A DNA stretch of 64,000 nt, taken from contig NC_042998.1 of assembly GCF_006345805.1 (NCBI RefSeq), positions 43,958,001 through 44,022,000 on the forward strand, read 5' to 3'. The notes below the pieces were generated by a model. It ran no database searches and had not been told where the DNA came from. It saw only the letters and a program-made list of their open reading frames with translations. Position numbers and translations under genes: made by a program. Origin of the DNA: Octopus sinensis (lineage: Eukaryota). Positions within the stretch are counted from its first letter, which is position 1. Each line of letters begins with the position of its first letter. Positions 39,046 to 53,925 of the stretch are shown piece by piece.

Positions 39046-39969
39046 GATACTAGAAGTTGGTGGATGATTATTTAGAATTCGATGAAGGTGGAGATTTAGT
39101 ATAGGGAAACCACAGAGTATTGTTATTTTCAGTATAAGGAAAACGCTGTTTTTCTTTTATATTCTTTATCATCATTTAGTGTAGTTTGAGTGGAAAATGA
39201 GAGAAAGAAAAAAATGAGTGACGAATTATAATTAAAACAGTATTGGGAAAATAAAAAGGAAATTTGGGATAAAATGAACAGGGTGAACAGCTACACGATT
39301 GGTTTGAGATAAAACGTTGAAATTTCGATAATAGAAAATCGAAAAACTTCACAAAAAAACACTCCTGGTTGTTTGAGGGAAATTAATATTTAAAATGCAT
39401 TACATTATATTTTTAATTTAAATATTTTTGAAGGTGTATGACATTAACGATATTATCATTCTTAATCTATTTGAGTTCGTCAGGTGTTATTGAACACGAT
39501 GTAATTTATAAAGGACAACTCTACCGTAATTAACTCTTCGAAATAGGAAAGGAAATACCGCAGTTATGTTATCAATATTTATCGAATAATGGAATCAATC
39601 AATTGTTAAATGTCGTTGTTAAGGGTAATTTTACCATGATTACATCGGTAATTTTTAGGTTTCCGTTGATGACAGCTTACGGTCAATATGAGATTGCAAA
39701 CCTCGAAACTAGTAAGCACTTGATGGGTTTAATGGTCTCTCAATCATGGATAGCAAGATGTGAGAAACGTGTAGTTACTTTTGTTGAACTATTGGGATGA
39801 AATCATCATGCCAACATTTCCAGATACTCGGTAAATTAGGCTTGCACAAAGGTATACATTTAAAATGTAACTGTGAATTAACGGGGGATTATGATAATCA
39901 AATTGATGAGCATGATATGGGAAAATATGTCGACATTGTTAGTATGCGTTATAACAGTTAGTGTTATTG

Positions 39970-41200
39970 GATTGTCAGAATTGTTTGAGCGTCGATATTT
40001 ATTCCGGCACTTTATTTTTTGAGTTCAAATCCTATCAACGTAAACTTTCTATTTCATCTATCCAAGGTCGATAAAATAAAGCACCAGTCAATTTATGGGG
40101 TTGATGTAATCAACTTGCCCCTATATCGTGAATTTGTGGCTTTCTGTTTATGTTAGAAGCATTTATAAGAGAGACTATGGTTTGGCCGAATATCCGGTAG
40201 GATGTTTTGATTTACTTGTTGTGACTTTACGTCATGTAGCAGAGATCAGATGTCGAAGCCGCAAAGATCGATTCGCACCTCGCCAACCCTTTCTTGTCAT
40301 AAATGCCGTTGGCTCTTCTAAACCACCTTAACCTGAACAACCACCCCAGGTACCGGCACTCTTCGCACCCATTAGGATGAAGAAGCTTAATCACTCACTA
40401 GAGATCTTTCGAGTTCAAATCCCCCCGTGTTCTACTTGGCATTTCTCTCCACGTCATTAAAATTAAGTCTCTGTCAAAATTAGGGTCGATGGTATCGACT
40501 AACCTCCACTCTCCAAAAGTGCTGGTTTTGTGCAAAAATTAGAATACATTTGCATTGTTTCTAATCTTGGCAGAAGGTTAGTTAATTTGAAAGGAGGGGG
40601 TTTAGTGGACAGCATTGACTCCATTACATGACTAACTAATATCGGCGCGATTTGAACTCAGAACTTAAAGTCTCGGAGGTAATGCCACAAAGAAATGTTT
40701 CCGATTGCGTAACGATTCTACCGGTCGCTGATTTAATAACCAGGCCAGAAACTTTGAAGGAAAAACTGAATCCATTTTCCTTCCCATTTAAATTGCTAGT
40801 CTTCTGCCAAAATCAGAAACCATTACCAGGTTGGCAGATTGACAGAATCGTTAGAATGTCGGGAAAGGATCTGTAGTATTTCTTTGAGTATATAAAGATC
40901 TGCATTTATATCCCGTTAAGGTCGAATTCGCCTTTCATTTTTCTGAGGTCGAATTGAACTTTAGAGTTGTTTAAGTGACCATATCCCTACCCTAAAATTG
41001 CTGCTCTTGAACCAAAATTAGAATCATTAGTGCTCAAACTCTTCAACGGTATTTTGTTCCTATTCTTTACATTCTGAGTTCAAATCCCGCTAAGATCAAC
41101 TTCGGTTGATTATTAAAATACGTCACAGTGAAGTACTTGATGGAAGGGTTCATTTATTCGACTTTCCCCTTCTCGTCAAAACTACAGGTATTTTGCTGAA
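39970..41200. mobile_element. Cluster of old family A SINE fragments
   Basis: Repeated degenerate gagttcaaatccc / ggtcgat..aatcgact / ccaaaattagaa motifs on both strands. Confidence 0.65.
40065..40360 (+). repeat. 296-bp inverted duplication, arm 1
   Basis: Reverse complement of 42476-42771 with about 2 mismatches; the ORF track gives near-identical 67-aa translations. Confidence 0.95.
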
Positions 41201-42129
41201 CTTAAAAAAAATATCATCATAAAGTTTTTAAAGGTTTCGTGTGAATTTCTACTGTGTCAGTTGCATCTGCGCATTTGCGAGTCATTTTTCGTATTGTTTG
41301 TATATTTTTGGTGGTGGGAGATGCAGAATTGTGGTCAAATGCTACAACAGGTTTGAATTGTTGTGGCGTTGTTTATTTATGTATTTTTTTAGTATCGTGT
41401 TTCGTGTCTTTGAATTCTTGACTATTGGAATGCCAATTGTGTAATATTTGACGATGATCATTGTGTTTCGTACCTGGTGCGTGAATTCCAATATGTGTTT
41501 GAAAGGGTAAGTTCGTAGTGTATATGTTTTGCGACATTTGTCATACTCTCAGCTGTAAATTGAATAAAATTTACGTTGTGTGAATTGTTAGTGGTGGGAA
41601 GGATGATTTGTATCATTGGATATTGAATATGTAAGAGCATGAGCTCCCGTATTTTATTAACTTATGGTTTTATATTCTGTGTTATATAGTTGATACGAAT
41701 GGAATTTACTGTATGAGTTGTGATATGGAACTCCAGGTCTCTGGCGTAGGATAAAGTTTACACTTTGTAGGACTACTTTTGAACTGTGTGCAGAATCTGT
41801 ACCACATAAGTAGTTATGCAGAACGTTAGATCAAAAAGACACTAATCAGTGGATTAAAGGGGAGAGATTAGAGAAAATAATGATACTAATGTGCCGGCAT
41901 TTGAACTGACGCACTATCATTTTCTCAATGTGCAATACCACACTTGTGATACCAGAATTAATTTTCTTTGCTCTAACATGACGAACAACATAGCCACAGT
42001 TAAACATTTGACGGACAATGATAAAAACCTAATATTTGATTTCATGGTGTTAATCATATTCCAGCTGCGCTTCTCTAAAATGTATGTGGATTAGTTGTAT
42101 TACTGTTTAGTTGCGCTTAAGTGGCTCTG

Positions 42130-43170
42130 TAACGGGAAAATCATCTGAGTTGGTTCGACTGGCAAGTTTTATAGATACATACCGAGCTTTTTGCCCTTCT
42201 TTTGGCAGGTAACTTTCACGACAGGCAGCACAGAGAAAACATACCCAATTCTTTGACTCAGGGTTTGGTGACGCTGCTGAGAGATGACAAAGAATGCAAA
42301 TATTGACACTCACCATTACCTAATTCACTTGATCATGAGATTTAAGAGTTTTGTGAAGATGCTTGGGAAGAGGTTGGCATTTCTTGTGAACAGAGTGCTC
42401 TTTAGCGTGCAAACCTGCAGCTTTCCTGGCAGATCTCTACAAAACATACTCCACGTCAAATAATATAATGTAAATAGTGCCGGTACCTGGGGTGGTTGTT
42501 CAGGTTAAGGTGGTTTAGAAGAGCCAACGGCATTTATGACAGGAAAGGGTTGGCGAGGTGCGAATCGATCTTTGCGGCTTCGACATCTGATCTCTGCTAC
42601 ATGACGTAAAGTCACAACAAGTAAATCAAAACATCCTACCGGATATTCGGCCAAACCATAGTCTCTCTTATAAATGCTTCTAACATAAACAGAAAGCCAC
42701 AAATTCACGATATAGGGGCAAGTTGATTACATCAACCCCATAAATTGACTGCTGCTTTATTTTATCGACCTATTCGGTTTGCCGCAAGCTTTTATTTATG
42801 CTATGTTTGGTGGGTCCCTATTACACTTGGATTAATCCAAAGTTTTCCATTGCGTTCACTATAGGTACTTGGCGAATGTCCTCAAACGCAGGTTTCGATC
42901 TCAGGAGATGAAGCACATTCAGTGAAAAGTGATATCTCGGTAGTTTTGATAAAATATTCAGCTACTGAAACCTGTCGTCCAATGTGTAAGGCGCCTGTAG
43001 TCATGGATGACATAATCGTATCGATGCGGGTACCATAGTGAAGGAATACCTGATAGTAACACGACCACGCTTTGATCAGAAGAAGTCAGAGTGTTAGCAA
43101 TTCGGCATCTGAAAAGGTTAAGTTCATGCCAGCCAGCAATATTGATCACCACATTGACACACCTGTTAGA
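42130..43170 (+). pseudogene. Degraded L1/Tx1-like reverse transcriptase relic
   Basis: GKSSELVRL (GKSPGLDGL-like), IPNSLTQGLVTLLR, VKMLGKRLAFLVNRVLFSVQTCSFPGRSLQNILH. Confidence 0.65.
42476..42771 (-). repeat. 296-bp inverted duplication, arm 2
   Basis: Reverse complement of 40065-40360. Confidence 0.95.
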
Positions 43171-43269
43171 ATTCATGGCGACAGATTCATGTCAGTTTTT
43201 TAGATAGTTAATGAATCGAAAGTAGGTCCAAAAAGATCAGTCTCACACAGAAATGGATCAAAATGAAGC

Positions 43270-43506
43270 TATTTCTTATTTCTTTATTGCCCACAAGGGC
43301 TAAACATAGAGGGGACAAAAAAAAGGACAGAAAAACTGATTATGTCGATTACATCAACCCCAGTGCGTAACTGGCACTTATTTAATCGACCTCGAAAGGA
43401 TAAAAGGCAAAGTCGACCTCGGCGGAATTTGAACTCAGAACGTAGCAGCAGATGAAATACTGCTAAGTATTTCGCCCGGCGTGCTATCGTTTCTGCCAGC
43501 TCGCCA
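43270..43506 (-). mobile_element. SINE family A, full length
   Basis: Tail tttctttattgcccacaaggg through head ctgccagctcgcc. Confidence 0.88.
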
Positions 43507-44946
43507 GATAAAGCTATTTCTGAAATGTTAGCAGTGGTGACGAATGCATGCACTGCTATTTATTTAAATATCTGCAACATTGTGATTTATCCTAGATTTA
43601 TTTGACAAGATTAAGACTCCGATTATTTTGTTTCTCGGGGAAGGGACACATTTCGCTATTCACATGATCCATCTACTATCAACATTTGCATTGATGGCTC
43701 GCTAAATTGTCGCTGTCTGCCAGTGGGGATTGCTGGACGGAGTGAGGAAGTGCGGTCGACCTTTTCAGCCTTCACTTGATTATATGGTCTTTAGCTGTTG
43801 CAAGTGATGTAGCATAAATGAAAGCTTGCGGCAAACCGAATACCTGTCTTGGGTTTCATTCTAATTGTAGTCTTTTCGCTGAAACTACATTGCTAATTAA
43901 CTTTGGAGTAAGCGTGATCATCACACTAAATCTTTTGCAGTTCCTTATAAATTCAGGCCTTGCTAACTATATAATAAATAGTTATTCCATACGTGACAAT
44001 GAAAAAAAAAATACATCGATAACAATATCACCAAAATATACAAAATAACAAATTGTTATGCTATGATATGATATTCTTACCAAACAAAAATGACCTCGTT
44101 ATCATCATACATAAAATAAAAAGAACAAGAAATTGACATCAGAAACTTGATATAAATTGAAACGCTGCGTGAAGCAGTTTAATGAGAGTTCGTTTCCATC
44201 CTTTAATGACATTCTTGTAGCTTCTAATTTAGATTTTGTTTGTTTATTTATTTCTGTCATTGTTCAAGTTCGTTATATGCAGGTCCGCGTGTATTCTAAA
44301 ATTATAATGATGAGGTTGTTAACAGCAATATTTACAGCGAGAACAAAAGTAAGAAACATAACCACCACATCTGAAAGAGATGTGCGAAAGAAACCTATTT
44401 GATCGATAGAATTCGCAAATCATACATCTCAGTGATTATTTGTTCTGCAACGGGACATAATTAGAGGCAAGACAAACCCTACATCGTCAGTCTTAGTGGA
44501 ATTACCAAGCACAGCTGTTATTTCCCGGCAGACATGCCATTCTTGTCCTCGAATTTCCAATATAGAAAACAACATTAACCCCTGTACAGTTTGGGTAGAA
44601 TTCAATTCTCTTGGTTATTAATATTATTAAACAAATATAAACATATACAGCGGGTATTATTCCTTTCTTTGTTTCATAAGCTACAACAGAACAAAATATA
44701 ATTACAAACGAATATGGTTGTCTTTATTACAGTGGAAAACTAAGATGAAGGAGTCCATTTTCAGTTCACGTGAGCAGAATAAGACCTGTGTGTATGTATT
44801 TGCATGAGTGTATTAGTGTGAGCGTGAGTGTGTATGATGAACAAGAGGGTGTGTGTGCGTGTGTGTGATTTTGCTTATATAATAGCTAAATTATCCACTC
44901 AGTTTACAGCAACGATCTATCCATCTTTATCTGTCAAACTATATAT

Positions 44947-44982
<36 letters not shown>

Positions 44983-45168
44983 TTCATGTATTGGCGCAAG
45001 TCCGGAAATATTTGCGGGAACGCTTGCTTATCGAACTCGGTAGACATAGCATTCTAAACGAAAATGCCTGTTTTATATATATATATATATAAAAATATAT
45101 ATATATATTTGCACGCGCGCGCGCGTGTGTATGTATATGTATGTGTGTATATATATATGTATGTTTGC

Positions 45169-45216
<48 letters not shown>

Positions 45217-45547
45217 CAGAATGAGATAAAATACCAAGGCTCTGAAGATTTTAGAACATTTATAAATAGGTCTTAGAGATGTCTCCGGAATATTTTTTAT
45301 ATTCCTTCAGCGGAGACGGTGTGAGAAAATATGAAATAGAGAGTGAAGTGGAGGAATGAAAATACATGTGAGATATGCAGGGATATTGCATATTTCATGC
45401 CTTATCTAAATTAATTATTACCTAACCATTTTCTCACACCGTCTCCGGCACCATTACCTCTCATAGCCTCTCTCTATATATAATACGTATATTCATATAT
45501 GTACATGTTTATATAAGGATGAGGTTGCGTACACATACACATATGTG

Positions 45548-45590
<43 letters not shown>

Positions 45591-45829
45591 GTGTGCGTAT
45601 ATGCGTGGATATGTACGTATGATTTTCATAAATATATGTTTGTATGCGTATATGTGCATGTACGTATTCATGTTTGTGTGAATGTGTAGGTATGTGGATG
45701 TTGTGCACGCAGGAGGTTTATGTCTATGTATTGTGAGAATATAGTTGCATTTATTCCTTCATCTTTGGTCTTTTTATTTTTCTCTATATTAGAGTAACTT
45801 CCCTTTTATTCAACGGTTTTTTCATAGCG

Positions 45830-46300
45830 TCTGTTGCCGTTAATAGCCGACGGGAATGTATCGTTGTCTTGGCGCCGATATTCGAAACTTCAAGTACTAT
45901 AACGACAACCTTCTAACAACAAACTTATATACAAATATTCCACATGATTTGGGACTTACTGTCATAAAATATTGGGTCGAGAAACGTAGAGAAGCGATCC
46001 CCTGTAGATTTACTGTAACCTTCTGACTAGACGTAGTCAGCCTCATCCTCGAAAACAAAACATTCCTTTTCAACGAAAAAAAACCAACAAATTCCAGGCC
46101 TAGCTATGGGGACACGATTTGCTCCATTTTTTACGAACTCAGTATTGGGATAATTGGAACAAAACCTACATTTAAAAAAATGAAGAGAACTAGCGCATGA
46201 TCTTTGAAAGACATATAGAGGACACATGAAAAAGATACCTCGCTGATTGTTTCCTAATGTCGACCAAATCCCTAGAAAATGTAAAAGAATTAAGCACCCC
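45830..46300 (+). pseudogene. Degraded PLE (Neptune-like) reverse transcriptase fragment
   Basis: TNLYTNIPHDLGLTVIKYWVEK, LILENKTFLFN, GLAMGTRFAP, *KRYLADCF, paralleling PLE-1 pol. Confidence 0.8.
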
Positions 46301-46879
46301 ACTCAACAATCTACACCATATGTTAGATTCCATAGTACAGAATCTAACATATATATCAGGAGGCTAATATCGTGGTGGACACCGAAATTTCCATATTTAC
46401 TTAGTATTACCGACAAAAGTAGCGTTAGTTCAAGTCAGCGATCAGAATATATGTACGTAATTAACTGTAGGAATCCTTCTAAACAGCGGTGTTCGTCTCA
46501 AGAAAACATCTCTTATAGACACATAATGCGAAAAACACAGAATTACGTCAGCAGCTCACTAAGATCGTCCAGTTGGGCTAGGTCCAGATTTCTGCTATTT
46601 TTAACATCATCGATAGCAAATATATCAAGCGAACATAGCTGCTAACTGATATAGTTAAACAGTAATTGAAAGGTCAGTGATGTCGCATTTAGCCGGCAAA
46701 CTGAACAAAATGTCACTGTTAGGGACAGAAGCATTATTATTTCATGCAAATTTATGCCTTAGATGGCTTGTCATTAAGTAAACAATACATACATGCATGC
46801 ATACATGCATACATACATATATACATACATACATACATACATACATACATACATACATAAGTACGTACATATATTTATA

Positions 46880-47280
46880 TACGAGGTCCGATCAATAAGT
46901 ATCTGGACTGTTGCCATAGTAACAAAGCTGAAGCACGCAGTCTGAAGCCGCTTGCCAAAGATTGACCTTGTACTCTGCTGTGCATGCGCACTAGGTTTTA
47001 ACGCTTTAACTTATTTCCGCTGTTTACAGAAGTGTTTGGAAGGAAGGTGTGTAGCGTATGATCATCGCATTGACTATGACAGAGAAAAGTGTCATGGCGA
47101 TACCTGCTCAGATGTTGCAGGAAGTGTATGGAGAGGAGTTGTATAAGCCGCTTGCAAATGCAAGAGTGATTCAGAAGATTCCAAGATTGCGAAAAAAATT
47201 TCGATTTTGACGAAAGTTCTGGGTGCATCTATGAGAGGAAATCGTCGAATCACCATCCATGAGTTATCAAAGATCCCTGC
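46880..47280 (+). mobile_element. Mariner transposon relic (left TIR plus HTH fragment)
   Basis: TA-cgaggtccgatcaataagtatctggact end; MLQEVYGEE...E*FRRFQD...DESSG resembles the mariner N-terminal HTH; right TIR not found. Confidence 0.65.
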
Positions 47281-50200
47281 TCCGCCTTTGCCAAAAAATC
47301 AGTCGGCAATAATTTTAACTAGTACAATTAGATTGCAAATGAAAAATAAATGCAATGGCAAAGTGATTGCTCCTTGAAAGTTGTTAATTACTTGTCTGAT
47401 CAAGTAGATAGTGATATCTTATGAAGTATCTTATTTCATAAGATACTTGTCAAAGATCATTGATCTGATGTTATGGTTACTTGCAAATTTATCATTTAGA
47501 TTACTGATTTTGAGGCTTTTCTCAACTATACTTACGACGCAACTTTCCTTCACATTTCTGTATACTCTGTACCACATAAAAATTTTCTAATTTGTGTTAA
47601 AATCAGTTACAAATTTCAGATATATTTGTTTAGTTTACTGTGTTACTGTTATCTGTATTTTTGAAGGAGTAATATTGTTTGAAGAATCGCTGTTTCAATT
47701 TCTCTCCACTAAACAAGCATAGAGCTTGCACATTGGGTTGGAATCTTAACTGGCGATTGTAATTTCTATTTCATATCTAATTGCGTCAGTTTTGCATGAC
47801 TGGTTCATAGTATGTGTTTGTACGTCTGCTTAAGCTGATTTAGTTGGTGTAGAAGTTACTAAGCTTTTATGCTAATAGTATAAACTGAATCTCATTTTAA
47901 ATTGTTTTTATTGACTAGCAAGTGATTAGCAAGTTTTTCTTAGAATAATCAGACTTAGCATTTGATGAAATAGGAGGTGTAGACTACCTAGATTACACTT
48001 ACTTTATTCACGGTATTTATAGCGTTGCTTACCGAGTAGAAGTGAGGTTATATTTAATCATATCCTTGAATACAAAATTTCAAAATCATTTATTGTTGAA
48101 GCCAGTTACAATATCGAAGATTTCTTTATTTCAGTGGTTAAATACTTAAGTAGTTATCGGAAACGACCGCAGCCCTTATAAAAGCTCCGTTTCTTTTAAT
48201 CCAGTAATACACATTCCTGAAACTACAACAATTTATAACGCTGTCACACTTGTTCATAATTTCAAATCATTACAATTGCATGCATGATTCTATATAGTAG
48301 AGTGAATCGATAATGAACAATTTACCTGTAAATTGCACCCTTGAATTTTCTCTTCAAGTGTCATCCACTAATAGGTATTTAAAACCCCACTACTTTTATA
48401 TTGCTTCGTTCTTCCTTACACCTTCAGCTCTAATCCATTCATGCTCATTTCGATACAGCAACATTCTAATTTCCTCATAATCATTTTCTTAAAGGCCTTC
48501 AACTAGTGCATCTTTAAGTCCACCTTTAACCTCATTAACTTAAATAACACTGACAAAAGTTTTAAGTAACAAATAATCGCATTAGGATTGAAAATACAAC
48601 ACTGGAAACTACAACATAGCAACCCATACATATCACAAATATTTTTAAACGGTGTTAAGATTGCCTTCTTCCTGTTACTTGGCAAGAAACTGGTATATAA
48701 AAACCTGGCATATAAAGATCATAACTCTTTACACACAACCAAGCTCATTGTGTATAAGACAGTTGGGTACCTTATTGATGGTGACTTGAAAAGTAGAAAA
48801 TATGCAACCGAAGTATTGTGATAATCATGCACAATCCGTTGATCGACCAAGTAAATGCCTCTTGCTTTGAAACTATGTTAATGTGACATTACCTTTGAGG
48901 GGTCGGGCATGTGCAACTGCCAAATTAATCAATCATTTTTTATACTCCGACTAAGTTATATCTCTATTTCTTTATTGTTCACAGGGGGCTAAACATAGAG
49001 GGGACAAACAAGGGTGTTTAACCCCCAGTGGGCACTAGGTTATCTATCATGGAGTTTAACAATGCGAATCTGCATAAACTGAATACATACCTAAACGATA
49101 CGCATGAGTATAAAGAGAAGCGCAAAAGGACCAACGCAGCGCCTCATCTCCAACGAGTCTAGGACTTAAGGCTCTTGCATTGGCTTTTACAGTCATGAGC
49201 AGATCTGCAAATTTAAATCCGAGGGACACTCATCCTTGGCTCTAGGAAATTTCCAACGACGACGACCAAGGTGTTAAGAAGTGGATTCATGCAATTTCAT
49301 GTACACATTAATTTAGACTCCGCAAACTTAAAGCCATTGAAGTGTTAAACATTACATTTTCAAGCATTACATGGATAAAAAGAAGACCATTACAGCCTAG
49401 TTTGAGATGAATTATAAAATATTTAATTTCGTTCTTTTGCGTATGTGTGCATGTATTTTTTTATCCATTCCAGTTCTCTATTTCCTCATCCTTCAGTTGT
49501 ATCCGGTGCAATTTCAATTTCTTTTATATTAATTTTTATTTTTTGCTTTACATACTTTTCCGATCAACTCATTGAATTTACACGAGTTTAGTTTTCTTAA
49601 CTTAGTATAGATAAATGGAATAGCTATTGAATGGTGAAAACAAACATCTACAAATTAACCCATGTTTCAATAGATTTCTGTCAATAAATTCTAATGGCGC
49701 AACAAAATCATTATATTCAGTAAATAAATATTTGTATGTATACAATGAACACATTACAACGAGTTCTCTATAGAAATAAACTTAAATTCATCTCGTGCAT
49801 GTTTTCTATACTACTTTATTTATACAATTACTAGTCTTTCAAGTGTAAAAAGCAATATTTCATTTTCCCGTTTGTGTTAGAATGAAAATATCTTGTTTTC
49901 GTATAATTCGACCGTCTTCGCGACTTCCTAATTATTTTTGTAATCATATTTGCATATTTCTTGCATTTGAAATTATTTACCGATATTTCAGTCTCATAAC
50001 ATATTCTTTCTTTGGAAACTTATAAAAGGTTTTGTTTATAGTAGTTGGTCATGTAAGTTTTTTAATCAATTTTTGTTTATTATATAGAGTGTTATGTATG
50101 AAAGCGTAAATATTTCGACTGGTAGGTCATCACTCTACATATGATAACGGCCTAATTGAGAAAGGATTGTGATACAATTGAGATAGATGTTCCTGTTCAT

Positions 50201-50639
50201 TTAAATAACATGTAAATAAGAAAAATAATGCAAGTATTTAAAATTTAAACCGAGAAGTCATTTTTACCATTTAAATCAAGAACATACGCATTTATATTCA
50301 TCATTTTTTTTTACCGTGGGTAACTTATACTATCATTGCTTTCATGGCAATAATTTATTAATGCACAAGAACTATGTCTATGAGTAGATTGCAGATGTGC
50401 GATGGTATGTTTGATAACTTGTAGTGTATAATACTATCACAAAGTGTAGATGAATTTAAAAGCACTTGTGCATTGTATATGTCTAATCGGTCTATTCCTC
50501 GATGCAAATATTTCATCTTCAAGACTCACTAGTTAAATCATCTTCTAGAAAATTACAGGACCTAAAAATGATTTTAGCGTAAAATTTAGTTGAATATATG
50601 AGGATAGAACCATTGATGCATGGGCGTTCATTAATTGAA

Positions 50640-51760
50640 TAAGGTTATGTGTTACTTTCCCAAAATAAAATGAAATAAATTAAAGAGTGATAGCGAATAG
50701 CTAAAAAAAATTATAACCTGGATGGATATAGAAGCTGAAGGTTTCGAAGCAGTTGTCCATAGTTATATTCTTCCCCTTTGATTTTCAAAGAAATATTCAC
50801 AGCAGCAGCACGGCTGACCTCTGTGGCGGTACATACTACTTCACTGTCCCAAACAACACTATCCAACCCGTCATGTTTACACTTTGATGAGAATGCTCCA
50901 GCAGTATTATTTGTGCTGATGTTCATGTATGTATTCAAATCGCATGGGGGGAGGGCTTCTCTGTACCTTTTCTGGAACAGTCTTTTCCGAATGGCATTGT
51001 ATATTACTTTTGTAACAACGTCATATCGCATAGGGAAGGCTCCTTGATATATTTGGGCAGCTGTTCATCACATGCGTGATATCTTCTGCAGAAATATGAC
51101 ACAATTAGCATAATTAGCATTTTCTGTCGCATCTTGGATTTCCAAAGGCTACACAGTCTTTTGTTTGTTGGATGTTTCGTATCAATCTCCTATCCTCGGT
51201 TTGTAAATGCAAGAGAGACTCCTCTCCATCTTCGTTATTACTGTCTTCTTCAAATCTTCGGCAAACATGCACATGCAAAGTGTTTTTGATATGCTGAGCG
51301 ATTCCCATCTAGGTCTTCTTTGAGGTATTTTAGTTCGGCTGTTTTGAGAGGATATCAGAAAGAGAGTGCTTCCTGACGAGCTCCCGGCCATCATGTAGGA
51401 CATTGTACTTTTCATTTTTCAGCACTAAGTTTATGTGTTTATTTTTGCTGATGTTGTTAATGGAATGCTGTCTCAGATAGAGACTATACTATATTCGAAG
51501 ACTGTCTGGACAGATCTCATGCCACTACCTCTTTCATCAGTACTTTCGTAGGGACTGTCGAAATCACTATTTCTCTGGAAATTTCTAGTTGATATCACTA
51601 TCACGCAGGTTTTAATTTCTAGTTGATATCACTATCACGCAGGTTTTAATTTCCATTACAGACCAGTTAAGTATCCCAAATGTTGAAATCATCAATGGTG
51701 CTGCAAATGTATTGTGGGATATTGTCTTGTGAGAGGAGAATTCTGATTGCCATGTTTCTG
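50640..51760 (-). pseudogene. Degraded R4/Dong-like non-LTR element 3' part (CCHC knuckle plus restriction-like endonuclease)
   Basis: FQRNSDFD..ERGSGMRS, C*LC..EDITHVMNSCP, RYDVV, HDGLDSVVWD, EVS...KIK.EE.NYGQL. Confidence 0.75.
51580..51653. repeat. 34-bp perfect tandem duplication
   Basis: aatttctagttgatatcactatcacgcaggtttt x2. Confidence 0.9.
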
Positions 51761-51802
51761 ATTCCAGGTTACATGCATGTATATATGCATATATGTATGT
51801 GC

Positions 51803-51960
<158 letters not shown>

Positions 51961-52719
51961 ATCCGTTTGTCTGTTTGTCTATAATGTCTATGTCCCTGTC
52001 TACTGGATCCTGCGAAGAATTATAATAGGTATGTGATATGTGTGTGCGCATGTGTGTGTGTGTGCGTGTTTGTCTGTTTGTGTGTGTATGCATCTATCAG
52101 TACACACATAAATACATATATACATAAACGCCAGTGAATTCACTCACACTCCTTTCGTTCAGATCATACAGCAATCGTCACACGTTATTGTTTGGAGACA
52201 TCTTCATTCCAAAATGTTTTCATTTTCGTTTAGATTGTTTAAAAAGAATCAACAAATGACAGGGAAGTAAAAGCATAAAATAAAATAAACTGAATATGCT
52301 CGACATTTGTAAATCAACGAAAATTAATTTTCACACAGTATCACCTAACGTGATAGAAATTTTAAAATGGAATTAATAATATAAATAACGATGTTACGAA
52401 ACCAATACTCAAAGACACTTTATATTGAAAATTTTCTTTCTTGGCAACTAATAAGAAAATCAGTTTGCGAACGTTAATTTTGGGACTAATAACACCTCTG
52501 GCAGAATTTGGTCCGAAACTATAATATCATTACGAAATCTCCATGAATTCGATGTCTTCATTCTTATATATCAAAATGCAAGCTCACTGTAATTAATGAT
52601 GTTTAATTTCCTTTCTAATTACTTTTCCGGCTATATTTTAACGCATGTAATTTAAATTTCCGTGGGAGGTTTATATCATGACTGTTTCTCAATAATGTTT
52701 TAAATTAAATTCAATATAA

Positions 52720-52885
52720 CGGCATAGCTGTATGGTAAGAAGCTTGCTTCTCAAGCACATAGTTCTGGGTTCAGTGTCTCAACGACTGTGACATTGGGCA
52801 AATATATTCTACTATGGCCTTGGGCCGTCCAAAGTATTCTGAGTTGATTTGGTTGACGGAAACGTGAAGAAATCAGTCGTATATA
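52720..52885 (+). mobile_element. SINE family B, 5' half (degenerate)
   Basis: tggtaagaagcttgcttc...gggttcagt...ttgggcaaat...gacggaaac. Confidence 0.75.
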
Positions 52886-53006
52886 TACATATATGTATAT
52901 GTATATATACATACATATGTCTGTGTATGTATGGATATATGCATGTATATATACTTACATGCACATACATGCGTGTATATGTGTTTTCGTGTATCTGATG
53001 GTCAGG

Positions 53007-53066
<60 letters not shown>

Positions 53067-53736
53067 TAGATAGACAGAAACAGTGAGTGAGAGAGAGGTT
53101 TTGACTATATGTCCGAGTTAACAAAACCAAATGAAATACAAATGGAATACAAATTTCGTATGCAAATATTTATATACACAAGTATGGCATGTAATAAATC
53201 TCCGGTGTGTGTCGTAGTACTCACACGCTACACATTGAATCAAATCCCCACAAACAAACACTTATCTCTCTACACATACATATAATGCATGGTTTTTATT
53301 TTCCTCTGGAAACGAAAAAAAGCACACATGCACACACAGACACAAACGCAAACACGCACACAGACACCCACAATCAGAAAGACAAGAGAAGATATTACAA
53401 GAATATCATTAACTGAAGCTCTGACGATTGATCAAAAGCATAATTATAATCACTTAATCTGATATAAATTGAAACGTTTATCTTCAAGTGTGAACATATA
53501 TGTGAAGTATGAAATAATAACGTTAACGAAGAAAGTGAAATCTGATTATTATTGCAGAATTCCACAACGATTCTCATTTAATACAGAGAAGTAAACATGA
53601 TTTCGTACCTAATTTATTTCAGATTAAGATTTGCTTACACGTCTCTAATGCAAATCTGTTCCTATGAAAACCTTCATGTTTACAATATCAAAGTCACTAC
53701 TATTTTGACACACGTCATTAAATATGTAAAGCGATG

Positions 53737-53784
<48 letters not shown>

Positions 53785-53837
53785 ATTGGTGAATTGAAGA
53801 AATGGAGCTGAACGCAGATTGAACAGAAATCGTTTTA

Positions 53838-53925
53838 TTTCATTCTACACGTGTTTCGAAAGGCACAAATTACCAAAATCCGATTGAATAATGGGACCAT
53901 ATTGTGTCTTCTCTTCAGGAAGAAA
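53838..53925 (-). ncRNA. PLE-2 3' pLTR hammerhead ribozyme (canonical core)
   Basis: Reverse complement reads tttcttc-CTGAAGA-gaag a cacaa...ttgtg cc tttc-GAAAC-acgt-GTA-gaa t gaaa. Confidence 0.8.

Noticed and set aside
49225-49365. THAP-like words (FP...KKWIHAI...C..HF)
   Set aside because: Needs frameshifts and includes a stop; too short to distinguish from chance without a profile search
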